DNA of 64,000 bases. Origin: Tubulanus polymorphus (lineage: Eukaryota > Animalia > Nemertea). The translations under genes were made by a program, and so were the position numbers. The stretch's first letter is position 1. Every line of letters begins with the position of its first letter. Shown here one piece after another: positions 42,101-54,900 of the stretch. Below the pieces are notes generated by a model. The model worked only from the letters and a program-made list of their open reading frames with translations. It ran no database searches and was not told the DNA's origin. Location: NCBI RefSeq assembly GCF_964204645.1, contig NC_134025.1, positions 30,484,299 to 30,548,298 on the forward strand, given 5' to 3'.

Positions 42101-45100
42101 AATTGGGATTGATCATGTTTCCTGATCGTCCTTATTGCGACTTTACGTTTTAAATATAAAAATATTCAAAACAGCTATCCATCGATAGCTTTGTGGTGGT
42201 TGAATCTTTGAAATGTCGCTGGTGTTGGTACTTTGTATATATTGTAATGGTGAAATGGGATTGATTATGTTTCCTGATCGTCCTTATTGCGACTTTACGT
42301 TTTAAATGTATAAATATTTAAAACAGCTATCCATCGATAGCTTTGTGGTGGTTGTATCATTGAAATGTCGCTGGTGTTGGTACTTTGTATATATTGTAAT
42401 ATATGTCGGTGAATTGGGATTGATCATGTTTCCTGATCGTCCTTATTGCGACTTTACGTTTTAAATATAAAAATATTCAAAACAGCTATCCATCGATAGC
42501 TTTGTGGTGGTTGAATCTTTGAAATGTCGCTGGTGTTGGTACTTTGTATATATTGTAATGGTGAAATGGGATTGATTATGTTTCCTGATCGTCCTTATTG
42601 CGACTTAACGTTTTGAATATAAAAATATTCAAAGCAGCTATCCATCGATAGCTTTGTGGTGGTTGAATCTTTGAAATGTCGCTGGTGTTGGTACTTTGTA
42701 TATATTGTAATGGTGAAATGGGATTGATTATGTTTCCTGATCGTCCTTATTGCGACTTTACGTTTTAAATGTATAAATATTTAAAACAGCTATCCATCGA
42801 TAGCTTTGTGGTGGTTGTATCATTGAAATGTCGCTGGTGTTGGTACTTTGTATATATTGTAATGGTGAAATGGGATTGATTATGTTTCCTGATCGTCCTT
42901 ATTGCGACTTAACGTTTTAAATATAAAAATATTCAAAACAGCTATCCATTGATAGCTTTGTGGTGGTTGAATCTTTGAAATGTCGCTGGTGTTGGTACTT
43001 TGTATATATTGTAATGGTGAAATGGGATTGATTATGTTTCCTGATCGTCCTTATTGCGACTTTACGTTTTAAATGTATAAATATTCAAAACAGCTATCCA
43101 TCGATAGCTTTGTGGTGGTTGAATCATTGAAATAATGCTGGTGTTGGTTCTCTGTATATATTGTATCAGCAAATTATTATCACATTACGGATTTTAAAAG
43201 TGTTATACTCAAAGATGCTATTGTTTGATAGTTTCACTTTGGTTCCTTGCACCTGAAGGTTGTGAACTGTCATGTAGAAATGTGACAAACAAACTGAATT
43301 GTCAGTGTGTTACAAGACTGATGACCTCCTTTAATACTGCTGCTTGCTGCTGGGTGTTAATTGCTACACTCTGTTTTAAGGTGATATTGAGTTCAGGAGT
43401 CTCCTCCTTCCTTCTTCAACTGTCATGCAGAAACGTGACAAACGAACTGAATTGTCAGTGCGTTACAACACTGATGACCTCCTTTAATACTGCTGCTTGC
43501 TGCTGCGTGTTAATTGTTACCACCTTCCATGAACTTCTTGAATTATTACATTAAACATTATTATAATAAAAATTATTACATTAAACATTATAACATCAAG
43601 AATCATTCTCCTTAAATACTGCTGCTTGCTGCTGGCTCTGTTTTGGGGTGATATTGAGTGCAGGAGTCTCCTCCTTCCTTCTTCAACTGTCATGCAGAAA
43701 CGTGACAAACGAACTGAATTGTCAGTGCGTTACAACACTGATGACCTCCTTTAATACTGCTGCTTGCTGCTGGGTGTTAATTCTTACCACCTTCCATGAA
43801 CTTCTTGAATTATTACATAAAACATTATTATAATATAAATTATTACAGTAAACATTATAACATCAAGAATCATTCTCCTTAAATACTGCTGCTTGATGCT
43901 GGCTCTGTTTTGGGGTGATATTGAGTTCAGGAGTCTCCTCCTTCCTTCTTCAACTGTCATGTAGAAACGTGACAAACAAACTGAATTGTCAGTGTGTTAC
44001 AAAACTGATGACCTCCTTTAATACTGCTGCTTGCTGCTGGGTGTTAATTAATACACTCTGTTTTGGGGTGATATTGAGTGCAGGAGTCTCCTCCTTCCTT
44101 CTTCAACTGTCATGTAGAAACGTGACAAACAAACTGAATTGTCAGTGTGTTACAAAACTGATGACCTCCTTTAATACTGCTGCTTGCTGCTGGGTGTTAA
44201 TACACTCTGTATTGGAGTGATATTGAGTTCAGGAGTCTCCTCCTTCCTTCTTCAACTGTCATGTAGAAACGTGACTAACGAACTGAATTGTCAGTGTGTT
44301 ACAACACTGATGGCCTCCTTTAATACTGCTGCTTGCTGCTGGGTGTTAATACACTCTGTATTGGAGTGATATTGAGTTCAGGAGTCTCCTCCTTCCTTCT
44401 TCAACTGTCATGTAGAAACGTGACTAACGAACTGAATTGTCAGTGTGTTACAACACTGATGGCCTCCTTTAATACTGCTGCTTGCTGCTGCGTGTTGATT
44501 AATACACTCTGTTTTGGGGTGATATTGAGTGCAGGAGTCTCCTCCTTCCTTCTTCAACTGTCATGTAGAAACGTGACAAACAAACTGAATTTTCAGATTG
44601 TTACAACACTGATGGCCTCCTTTAATACTGCTGCTTGCTGCTAAGTGTTAATTAATACACTCTGTTTTGGAGTGATATTGAGTTTTGGCGAGTTTTGCTT
44701 CCTCATCGTCCTTATTACGACTTTACGTTTTAATTGTATAAATATTCAAAACAGCTATCCATCGATAGCTTTGTGGCGGTTGAATCTTTGAAATGTCACT
44801 GGTGTTGGTACTTTGTATATATTGTAATATATGTCGGTGAATTGGGATTGATTATGTTTCCTGATCGTCCTCATTACAACTTTACGTTTTAAATGTATAA
44901 ATATTCAAAACAGCTATCCATCGATAGCTTAGTGGTGGTTGAATCATTGAAATGTCGCTGGTGTTGGTACTTTGTATATATTGTAATATATGTCAGTGAA
45001 TTGGGATTGATCATGTTTCCTGATCGTCCTCATTGCGACTTTACGTTTTAAATGTATAAATATTCAAAACAGCTATCCATCGATAGCTTCGTGGTGGTTG

Positions 45101-45765
45101 AATCTTTGAAATGTCGCTGGTGTTGGTTCTTTGTATATATTGTAATATCGGTGAATTGGGATTGATCATGTTTCCTGATCGTCCTTATTGCGACTTTACG
45201 TTTTAAATATAAAAATATTCAAAGCAGCTATCCATCGATAGCTTTGTGGTGGTTGAATCATTGAAATGTCGCTGGTGTTGGTACTTTGTATATATTGTAA
45301 TGGTGAAATGGGATTGATTATGTTTCCTGATCGTCCTTATTGCGACTTTACGTTTTAAATGTATAAATATTCAAAACAGCTATCCATCGATAGCTTTGTG
45401 GTGGTTGAATCATTGAAATAATGCAGGTGTTGGTTCTCTGTATATATTGTATCAGCAAATTATTATCACATTACGGATTTTAAAAGTGTTATACTCAAAG
45501 ATGCTATTGTTTGATAGCTTCACTTTGGTTCCTTGCACCTGAAGGTTGTGAACTGTCATGTAGAAACGTGACAAACAAACTAAATTGTCAGTGTGGTACA
45601 ACACTGATGACCTCCTTTAATACTGCTGCTTGCTGCTGGTTGTTAATTAATACACTCTGTTTTGGAGTGATATTTAGTTCAGGAGTCTCCTCCTTCCTTC
45701 TTCAACTGTCATGTAGAAACGTGACTAATAAACAGAATTGTCAGTGTGTTACAACACTGATGACC
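39140..45765. repeat. Compound hierarchical satellite: 153-bp unit A (267-bp variant), 159/151-bp unit C and a ~100-bp linker, in three macro-repeats
   Basis: A period 39358-39511; A' period 39646-39913; C period 40801-40960. Linker ATCAGCAAATTATTATCACATTACGG recurs at 41401, 43165 and 45451. Confidence 0.95.
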
Positions 45766-46199
45766 TTCAAAATGTGTTGATGAAATTTATATGTTACAAA
45801 ACACTGTTGGTAAATTACTGCTAAAACAATTGGTTGTGATGAAAGTTTAGTGTTAAAATATAGATTTAGTGATCCCTCCCTTCCCCTCTTGAATTGTCAA
45901 GTTAATTGTGACATAAACTGAATTGTAAGTGACCTAAGGCTGGGGTGATATTGAGGTTTAATGCCTTCCCCCTTTCCCTTCTTGAATTGACAATTAAATA
46001 GTGACATAAACTGAATTGTTAGTGACTTGATTATATTACTCCACTTAAGCAGTGATAAAATTGTCAGCATCTAAACTCTGATGATGAGGTAAACCAGTTT
46101 CTAAGTTGTGAGCTGACAAAAAAACTGTTAGAATTCAAATTGCTTTAAACATCTTCAGAAAGATGGTTGATCACTGGTAAACACTGGTGAAAACAGTTG

Positions 46200-46400
46200 A
46201 CATCTCAATTTGCACTTGACGTCCCACTTCGCACTTGACGTCTCACACTGCACTTGACGTCCAAATTTGCACTTGACGTCCCACTTCGCACTTGACGTCT
46301 CACTCTGCACTTGATGTCTCACTATGCACTTGCACCAACGCATCAATTGCACTAAACAGCACAGGCACACCCGCGGGTCCATGCGCATGGTAAACAAATT
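46200..46400. repeat. ~20-bp GCACTTGACGTC repeats with an adjacent GC-rich promoter-like patch
   Basis: Five TGACGTC-containing units plus one degenerate copy, followed by CCGCGGGTCCATGCGCATGG. Confidence 0.7.
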
Positions 46401-46589
46401 GATCAGCATGCAGCATGCCATCTTTGTGTGTGGAAATAATTTACAAACAGCTTGAGTTTAAAATTAAAGAACGTTAAGGAATGTATTATTTGTATCATTC
46501 CTTGTACAATCTCAAATAACGATGATGTAAAACAATATCAATTTTATGATTGTAAAAAAATCAAAATGTCAAATAGTTAAATATCAATT

Positions 46590-48350
46590 TGTAAAACAAG
46601 AGGAAAAAGAAAGATGAAAGTACCAGAAAGAGAAGTGTTGGATTGGTGCATGTTGTCAGCAGAAATCTGAGGTACTCTACTGAGGAATCTCCACGCCACC
46701 CCCCAAACAGAAAGTTCAAGGTGATACTAAAAGTTCCTGAGGTTCTGAGAAATTTCACTTAGTAAAGACTATAAATCAGGTATAGGATAAATTGCTATGA
46801 ATTTCGTTATAGCTAAGAATGTTCTCAACTAGGACGGTAAGTTAGTATTACGTGTATTTCATATTTCCCTGTTGTAGCATGTATTGATTTGGTCAGCAAG
46901 TACAAAATACCAAACGATCGACAGGAAACATTCAGGATTGTTCCAGTTGTCGTTTAGAAATATTTAAGGTGTCATGAGTCTGAATTGACTATAAATCAGG
47001 TAAAATTATACTTGATATGAACTTCTTTGCAGGAACAGTCGACTTAAAGAATATGGTTATGTTTATTTTATGTACTTTTGTTGTAGCCAGTGGACTGTTG
47101 TTGTGAGAGACGCTCAAAACAGAGGAAAGGAAACATCAGAGTTCAGGAAGTGTTGAGCAAATTCCTCAAGGTCCGAGTCATGAATCTGAATTGACTATAA
47201 AGCAGGTATAATTGAAATTTATTTTGAAGAAGAGTCTCAAAAATGATATCATTATTCATATTTTGTGTTTTATCATTGTAGTATTGAGCTTGTGGTTGGC
47301 CGTAAAATATCAGACGACAGGAAAAGATCAGATCAGAGATGCTGACAAATTTCTCCGTCAATCCGGGACTTCTTTCAGTGTCTGTACGCAGAAATCGAAG
47401 TACTCTGGGGAATCTCCACATCAAACAGAAAGTTCAAGAAGATACGAAAAGTTACTGAAGTTCTGAGCAATTTTCTCTTCTAACTCATGTGTCTAAATTG
47501 ACTATAAATCAGGTAAAATTATACTTGATATGAACTTCTTTGCAGGAACAAACGACTCAATGAAACTGGTTACTTTTATGTATTTTTGTTGTAGCTAGTG
47601 GACTGTTGTTGTAAGAGACGCTCAAAACCAGAGGAAAGGAAAACATCAGAGTTCAGGGAGAATTGAGCAAATTCCTCAAGGTCCGAGTCATGAATCTGAA
47701 TTGACTATAAATCAGGTAAAATTGAAATTAGATGAATTTTATTTTTATGAAGAGTCCTATGAATGAAAATCATAGTTTATATTTAGTACATTGTTGTTGT
47801 AGTTATTGAGTATTGAGTTATTCGTCACACAATACCAGATATCAAGATGGAAACGATACCGATGATGCAGATAAATTTCCTCATGAAAAACCTAAGAGTC
47901 ACGTGTCAGAATCTACTAAAAAGCAGGTATAATTGAAATTTATTTTGAAGAAGTCTAAAAAATGATATCATTATTCATATTTTGTGTTTTCACATTGTAG
48001 TACATGTATTGAGCTTGGCTGTAGAATATCAGACAACAGGAAAAAATCAAATCAGAGATGCCGACCAATTTCCCCATCAATTCGGGACTTTCAGTGTTTG
48101 TTACCACGAGTTATCGTAGTTCCAGGGATGCCGACCAATTTCTCCGTCAAATCGGGACTTTCAGTGATTGTTACCGCGAGTTATCGCAGTTCCAGAGATG
48201 CCGACCCATTTCTCCATCAATTCGGGACTTTCAGTGTTTGTTACCGCGAGTTATCGCAGTTCCAGAGATGCCGACCAATTTCTCCGTCAAATCAGGACTT
48301 ACAGTGTTTGTTACCGCGAGTTATCGCAGTTCCAGAGATGCCGAGCAATT
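46590..48350 (+). pseudogene. Decayed gene built from tandemly duplicated exon-intron modules, ending in a 70-bp tandem repeat (48050-48350)
   Basis: Six donor-like GACTATAAA(T/G)CAG|GTA (one variant) near 46780, 47000, 47205, 47510, 47715 and 47925, each followed by an intron-like segment ending TTGTAG. Exon ends translate as ..HESELTINQ; stops and frameshifts are present. Confidence 0.5.
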
Positions 48351-48846
48351 TCTCTGAGGCTGATAGCTTCAGTATAGGTTGAATGTAGATACACATTGAA
48401 CATTTATTGAAAAATAAATATGAATTGATGGTTTGATTGGCTGGTTTGTTGTTGAATCTGATTGTGGGTTATTAATTACTGATTTGCTGCGACTTTGTGT
48501 TTTGAGTGTAAATGTTTCAAGGGGCTTCTCTTGCTTGTTTTTGTGCTTGTTAAATGATTTCTGAAATATAGTTGTATGTGCTGTATATGTGGAGATTTTG
48601 TACTTGTGACTGCGTTTGTAAATACTCATTTCTTTAAAATGATAGTTGTTGTGTTCTATCTCATTCTGAGGATGTTGGTTTGTTGGTTTGATCAATACAT
48701 TGATTTTATGGTGTTTGATTATTGGTTGAACTATTGTTTATCAATACATATTGAACTACTAACCACTAGTTGTTTTAACATCAGCATCACTAGTGGTCAG
48801 TTGTTCGCTACATATTATATGTGTTGCTTTTTCTTCATATAATGTA

Positions 48847-49289
48847 CAGTGGACTCTCTGTTAACTGGAATTATTTCAAGTCTAATTAAGACTATCTAAT
48901 CCTTAAGACACGGATTAGAGTGTTTCATTCGACTAATTTCAAGTCTAGTTACTTACATCTTGGAGTAGTCATTCTCCAAACACCAACCCAGACATAAACA
49001 CATTGAACTATTGCATTGAAGTTCTATTGTCTACAGGTGACTAGAACTATCACCTTGTCTTAATTGATTCCAGTTAGAAGTCTATTGTACATGGATTATT
49101 TTTGCTCCGGAAGTGAATTAAATGAAGTTAGAGTACAGTTGAACCTCATTAATACGATTCTGTTAGTAGCTTGTCCCAGCTAAAATATCTATATCAATCC
49201 AGATTTGGATAATCTGAAACCTAATTATTACATGTATGGCAATTTCACTTTTGCCCTTAAGATTTGTGGTTAACAGGAAGGTTCCATTG
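48847..49289. mobile_element. Two adjacent degenerate Tc1/pogo-type MITEs
   Basis: TA|CAGTGGACTCTCTGTTAACTGGAAT ... ATTCCAGTTAGAAGTCTATTG|TA and TA|CAGTTGAACCTC ... AGGTTCCATTG|TA. Confidence 0.5.
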
Positions 49290-49519
49290 TACAATGAGAG
49301 TTTCAAACCACTCTCAATGTGGTTAGAGACTTTCAAGGTCTGTGGTACGGCATGCAGCAGATTAAAACCTGCATGAGCTACCTTTTACTGCAACTCGCCG
49401 ACTTAGAGTAATGAACTCTATTTACTTAATTATTAGGGTCCCATCAGTCTTAAAGAATTTCATGTAGCAGTATCAATCTGCAGTGGACACTGATTCCATC
49501 AATGGTGGAATACTGAAAA

Positions 49520-49990
49520 TAGGTGTCGCAGGTACAATTCATCAGTAATTACTTCTGATGCTGAAATAGAGTATGTTGAGGGGTGTCCCAGGTTCAAACC
49601 CGGTTATTACTGATACTGATTCAGAGTCGAACTGAAGCTGAATAAACGATGTACAGGGGTGTCCCGGGTTCGAACCCAGTAATTACTGATAATGATTCAG
49701 AGTGGTCATGATGCAGAATAGAGGATGTGCAGGTGATCTATTTACTGATTCTGAGTGACCTAGATATTGAATATATGATAAACGGGGGATTCCTGGGCTC
49801 GAGTCCGGTCTATCGGTACTGATTCTGAATGAACTGGATACTGTTAGATATTAAACGAGGGTATCCCGGGTTCGGAACTCGGTCTATTGGTTCTGAGTGA
49901 CGGGGTGTGCTGCATTCATCATCTGATAGGTGCATTTGATAGGCAGGATTGTTCCAGATTCGAAACCGATTTGCATATTGGCTACTGATT
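49520..49990 (+). repeat. Degenerate ~76-bp tandem array of tRNA-like (B-box-containing) monomers
   Basis: GGGTGTCCCGGGTTCGAACCCAGT-type motifs near 49581, 49657, 49785, 49858 and 49946. Confidence 0.6.
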
Positions 49991-50375
49991 CTGGGTGGTT
50001 TCGAAAAAGTCAATAAAAGAAAATTGGTTATCAATTGATATTATATTGAATCTGAAATAGAATGAAAAACTGAATAACGATTAATTGAATGAATTAAATC
50101 GAAGGATTATCATTTGTCTTCAGCTTCACTTTTTACGTACATTACTGATAGTCGGAGTCATCCATGTTGCTACGAGATACCAACGATACCAGGGCACTGC
50201 CTCTGCGCGAACCCAGGTTACCGTTGATACCGAGGATACCTGTCTCAGGGCGTGTCATCCTCCCAGTTACCTGCGTCGATACCGAGGATACCCGTCTCAC
50301 GGCCTGTGAGACCAAAGGTTACCTGTGATACCAAGATACCGATGATACCCGTGTCACGGCCCATGAGACTCCAGG

Positions 50376-51379
50376 TTACCTACGGTTACCTGCGATACCG
50401 AGGATACCTGTGTCACGGCCCATGAGTCTCCTATAACCATGATACCGAGGATACCCACGATACCTTGCAGTTACCGGCGATCCCGGAAACCTGGACGGAG
50501 CATTCCTGCTATCGTACATTTGTGCTATCGAATTACACCGGTTGATAACCCAGATTCGTCGCCGATGAGGCAGCACGTGACGGTAAAGATCTGTCTCATA
50601 GCGTTATTCCAACTGTGGCATGTGAGTAATAAGATTTAATACCCTTCTCCCGAGGTCCATTTTCTGATTAAAAATCTTAACATGACTTTAGATTTACTTA
50701 AAATTTACCTTAAACATTTCAACTTTCTGAAAACTCCTCGCTATGATACGACATGCAATAATAAGATAAAATCCCACTATTTACAGATTAAAAGAATTTA
50801 AAAACCAGAATTTATTTATTAAATCTAAAATATTTAAAAGACACGACGTTTCCATCTCACCCTAGAGATCATCGTCAGGGTTAAATATTTTAGATTTAAT
50901 AAATAAATTCTGGTTTTTAAATTCTTTTAATCTGTAAATAGTGGGATTTTATCTTATTATCCGTTCACCACGTTTGAGTGTGGTCATCGTTCTAATGCAA
51001 TGTTTAATAGTTCAGATACGCGGGCCCCGAGAATTAGCCGGGTGGTTGTGGAAGGCAACCGGTAACTTCTCTCAGTACTCGTATTCATGGATAGGTTACC
51101 GTTCGAGACGTATAATACTTTATATTAGACAATATCTTACAATGAACGGATAACATCCGCGAATACGATGTTCAAATATGGCCGTTGAAGGACCACGCGT
51201 CGCGTTTGTGATCCGAACAGTTCAGAAAGGAGGCGAGTACCGATAAGAAAACGCGCCGCAGATTGGGAGGAGGAGAGATCATGGTGCGGAATCTGGTGGT
51301 CATATTTACATTTTTGAATATAGATAAACTCGATGTGTTGGAGGACAAATACATCATTCCTCGAGCACATACTTGGCAT
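50376..51379 (-). pseudogene. Decayed, probably spliced gene of unknown family at the island's right end
   Basis: AAAAAATG start at 51379. After removing the fold-back insertion, one frame reads RLILGARVSELLNIACRIIARSFQKVEMFK, then a 45-nt GT-AG segment, then KMDLGRRVLNLITHMPQLE*RYETDLYRHVLPHRRRIW. Confidence 0.35.
50760..50994. mobile_element. Penelope-like fold-back insertion, family 1, with a degenerate hammerhead core
   Basis: Inverted arms of ~75 bp, 7-bp TSD ATGCAAT, same family as 56217-56471. The core has a stem II mismatch and a disrupted stem I. Confidence 0.8.
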
Positions 51380-51576
51380 TTTTTATAATAATTGTTGTAT
51401 GAGAATAAATATGTTTGTTTGAAATTCTTTATTTTATTTGTTTTTGTTTAGTTATAACACGGTGGGTTTTTATCCTAATAGTATAACCCGTCAGAGTTCA
51501 TGACGGTGTCTGGTCTTCTTGACGGTTTCAGGCGGTTCCTGGCGGTGTTTAGTCTAACCGCAGAAATTCCCTGCCG

Positions 51577-51680
51577 ATACGTCATTATCCGGGGATCCCT
51601 CTCTGTCCGGTGGTGGGGAAATCCAGAAAGAGACGTCATTATCTCGGGCGGCTAACAGTACGCCACGTCGCGTCGCGTTT
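51577..51680. promoter_or_regulatory. ACGT-core motif cluster upstream of ERO1 (CRE/UPRE-like)
   Basis: ACGTCATTATC occurs twice (51579, 51633), and GCCACGTC (~51662) reads GACGTGG on the minus strand. Confidence 0.4.
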
Positions 51681-51921
51681 TAAAACATGACGAATAGTGA
51701 AACCGAACGTGACATCCAACACGAAATAAACTGATTACAAAAATAAACGACCCAAATTATCGAAGATACTGAAACTTTAAAAAGTATAAAAATAGATAGA
51801 ATCCAAACTGTAGGCGCTATTTCAATGCGCGCACGTATCGAATAGAGGTGTTGTCAAGCTCGAAGTTTTCTACTGCTGTCAAAATTCTGAATAATTTGTT
51901 TTTAGCTAAGAATTCGACTCG

Positions 51922-54900
51922 ATGTTTGCGAGGAGAGATATTGTAGCAGTTCTACTGTTATTCAATGTATTCTGTGTCTTAATGAAGAATGTCAACTGTG
52001 AAACTGATGGATGTTTTTGTAAGGTAAGGGCACTTTTCATATTCAATTCAATATAAATCAATTTATTATTTATCAAAATACAGCCGTTCTAGTAATAGAA
52101 GAGAATTAGACACTAAAACATGAGCGAGAAATGATTCGATGATGGCGTAAGGAAACTTGAGGGACATGGTTTTAAAGAATTTTCGAATTTAGATATTTGT
52201 GTCAAAAGGTAGTCTGACTGAATACCAGCAGTCGTTGTTACTGGTTTCCTACAACTTAGCTGTTGTTTGCTAGGTACTAGGTACGGCTAGGTACTAGACT
52301 AGACGAAAGGAGGTATGAACCATTCCATCATAGATAATTGCATTTTGGTTAGAATTCTTTAAAGATTTTGGGGTTGACTAAAGGTTTACTCGGACTTGTA
52401 CCAATACCCGATTTCATGAGGAGAGAATCCCACAATGATAATAAAAAGTCCGAAAATGAAACTTCGAGATAGTAGTTTATTTCAACGTTTCGACTATATC
52501 CTAATAGTCATCTTCAGGAATAATGAGATACTACAGAAATTATGAGATATAGATAGAGATATGAAGATGACTATTAGGATATAGTCGAAACGTTGAAATA
52601 AACTACTATCTCGAAGTTTCATTTTCGGACTTTTTATTATCATTGTGGGATTCTCTCCTCATCGCGTCAACACGGATATAGTGTACTACCAATCGTGACC
52701 CGATTTCATATTCTTAACTAAAGATAAAACTTACGTTCTACTTGTCCATTAAATACTCTTTGATGTAGAAAGATTTAGAAAATTGTGCGGATTTTTAGTT
52801 TCGGATTCCGAAGATTCAGGGCCTCCAAACTTGACTAGACACAATGGTTACTATAGTCTAAATACCAGTGGTTGTCCGTGGAACGATGGTAACTAATCAA
52901 ATCATCTCTTATGGTTTAGATAAAATGATTGATTATTCCAGGGAAGTGTGATGACTTCATCACACTTCCCTGATTATTCAAATCACAAAAATGACAATAA
53001 AAGCAGTTAATTATTTTGAACTGCGTAACCCCTGGGGTAAATGAACAATATCCTCACTACGCTCTGTTCCGCAATATCATATTTTATGCTATATAGTTAG
53101 TAGTGTTATGAGTTGTCAGCATTCTATTGGACGGTCACCGGAGCTGTTTACTGTGCAGCTTGAATACATACCATTGGCAGTTTTTTGACAAAGTGCTGCA
53201 ACTGCGAAAAACTCTAAATTAATTCAGATGAAGATTCATTTCTGAATTATTGATCATTAATAACACGTTTTAATAGAGAAATGACGAGCAGAAACTACCG
53301 CGGTCTGGTCGTCGTATGAGGGGGTGAATAAATGTGTAATCTTTGAATCAATAGTGATATGTATTAAATGTGAATATAAACAGGTGTTACTGGTTTACAG
53401 TCATTGAATAGCTGTTCATTCTAAACCACAAACGGTGTACAGTACGATCCAGCTGACTGACATGAAATTCATCTTATCAATCCACATAGCTGCAGCGGCA
53501 TTAATGAATTTAGCTGTTTCTCGATCGAACAGGATTTTTAAAGATGTATGTTATTGTGATGACCGTTTAATCGGGGCTGAAAAAGTCGTGAAAAGTTTTA
53601 TATTTATAGGAACATCTGTTGTTTATCAGGACATACGCGACAAATAGTTCTACAACTATGACAAAATGGATGTTCAGTTTTTTGTAGAGCTCTACTCAAT
53701 GCTTCCATCTGATTTAGATTCTATTCGTAATAAATTTTTCAGTTGAAAGGTGAAATCGATGATTGCGGTTGTACAGTAGAAAGTGTCGACCATTTCAATA
53801 ATTTCAAAATCTATCCACGAATAAACAGTTTATTGCAGAAGGATTTTTTCAAATATTTCAAGGTGAGCCTTTATTTCTCTCTCCTCTCTCTCCCTCTTTC
53901 TCTCTCCCTACCCCCCCCCCTCTCTCTCCTTGTCTCTAAAATAGTTCAAAGCCACTGTTTCCGAAATTTGATTCTATAAAAGACCATTTTATTTCTAGGT
54001 TAATCTAAAAAGAACGTGTCCATTTTGGCCCGATGATTCTCGATGTTCTTTAAGAGACTGCCACGTTGAACAATGCACAGAGGTATGAATCATGATTAGT
54101 GTTGTTGTATCAGACATGCAATTGTTTTCATCGGATTTAACTTTACCGCTGACGTGTTTTAAACCCGACAGCAACATATGTTTAATCTGACCCTGGATTA
54201 ATCTCTATCGCTACTTGTGTGATATATTTGCATCAAACAATCCATTAATGGTTTTCTATAAAGTGCAATCATTTGCCTGTTTTAATTGCACGACATTTCC
54301 AGAAATACATGAACACCTGGACTCAGTAAAACAGTTCTAGTTTCAAAACATTGGAATTGAGCTTAATTTGATTGTAATGACGCTGTGAAACTGGGTCTGG
54401 TTGTTGTGTCTCAAGTTATAGTTCTGGAATGAAACTGACAAGATATTTCACCAGCCAGGGTTTTATTTCATTTATAAACTGAGGAAAGCCACTACCTTTA
54501 ATTAATCCTAACTAATTAATCCTATCGTCGATTCGCAGGTTCCTGCAAATATAAAAGGTTTCTCAGAAAAAAAACGAAAGCATGAAAAGAACAAGGTAAG
54601 ATTTGACTGAATAGTGATATTGCTGTTGCAAGTAGAAATAAATGGTTTAATTGATGAATATTTCGTAAATGTTTCAGTATTCTGAGGAAGCTCAGAAAGA
54701 AGAAAAAGACGAGGACTGTGATCACGAATTGGGAAATTTAGATAAAACAATCAGGTGATTATACAGTACGACGAGGATAAATATGTTGAATTTCTAGTTG
54801 TTATGAGAAGTTGTGTTCAGCTGTATTTATTCAGTTGCAACCACTTGACTCTTTTTTTTCTATATATACCCCTCGATAATCAATTATTCCACTTTTTATA

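Noticed and set aside
39140-45765. CTGATGA and GAAAC in satellite unit A as hammerhead or C/D-box motifs
   Set aside because: The boxes are ~100 nt apart with no stem II or terminal stem pairing.
50540-51060. Tyrosine recombinase-like LGARVSELL and HRRR motifs on the minus strand
   Set aside because: Only ~45 residues separate them, which is short for this family. No catalytic H/W-Y region is evident, and a similar RFLIGTRLLSEL occurs just upstream. An HMM search would be needed to revive this.
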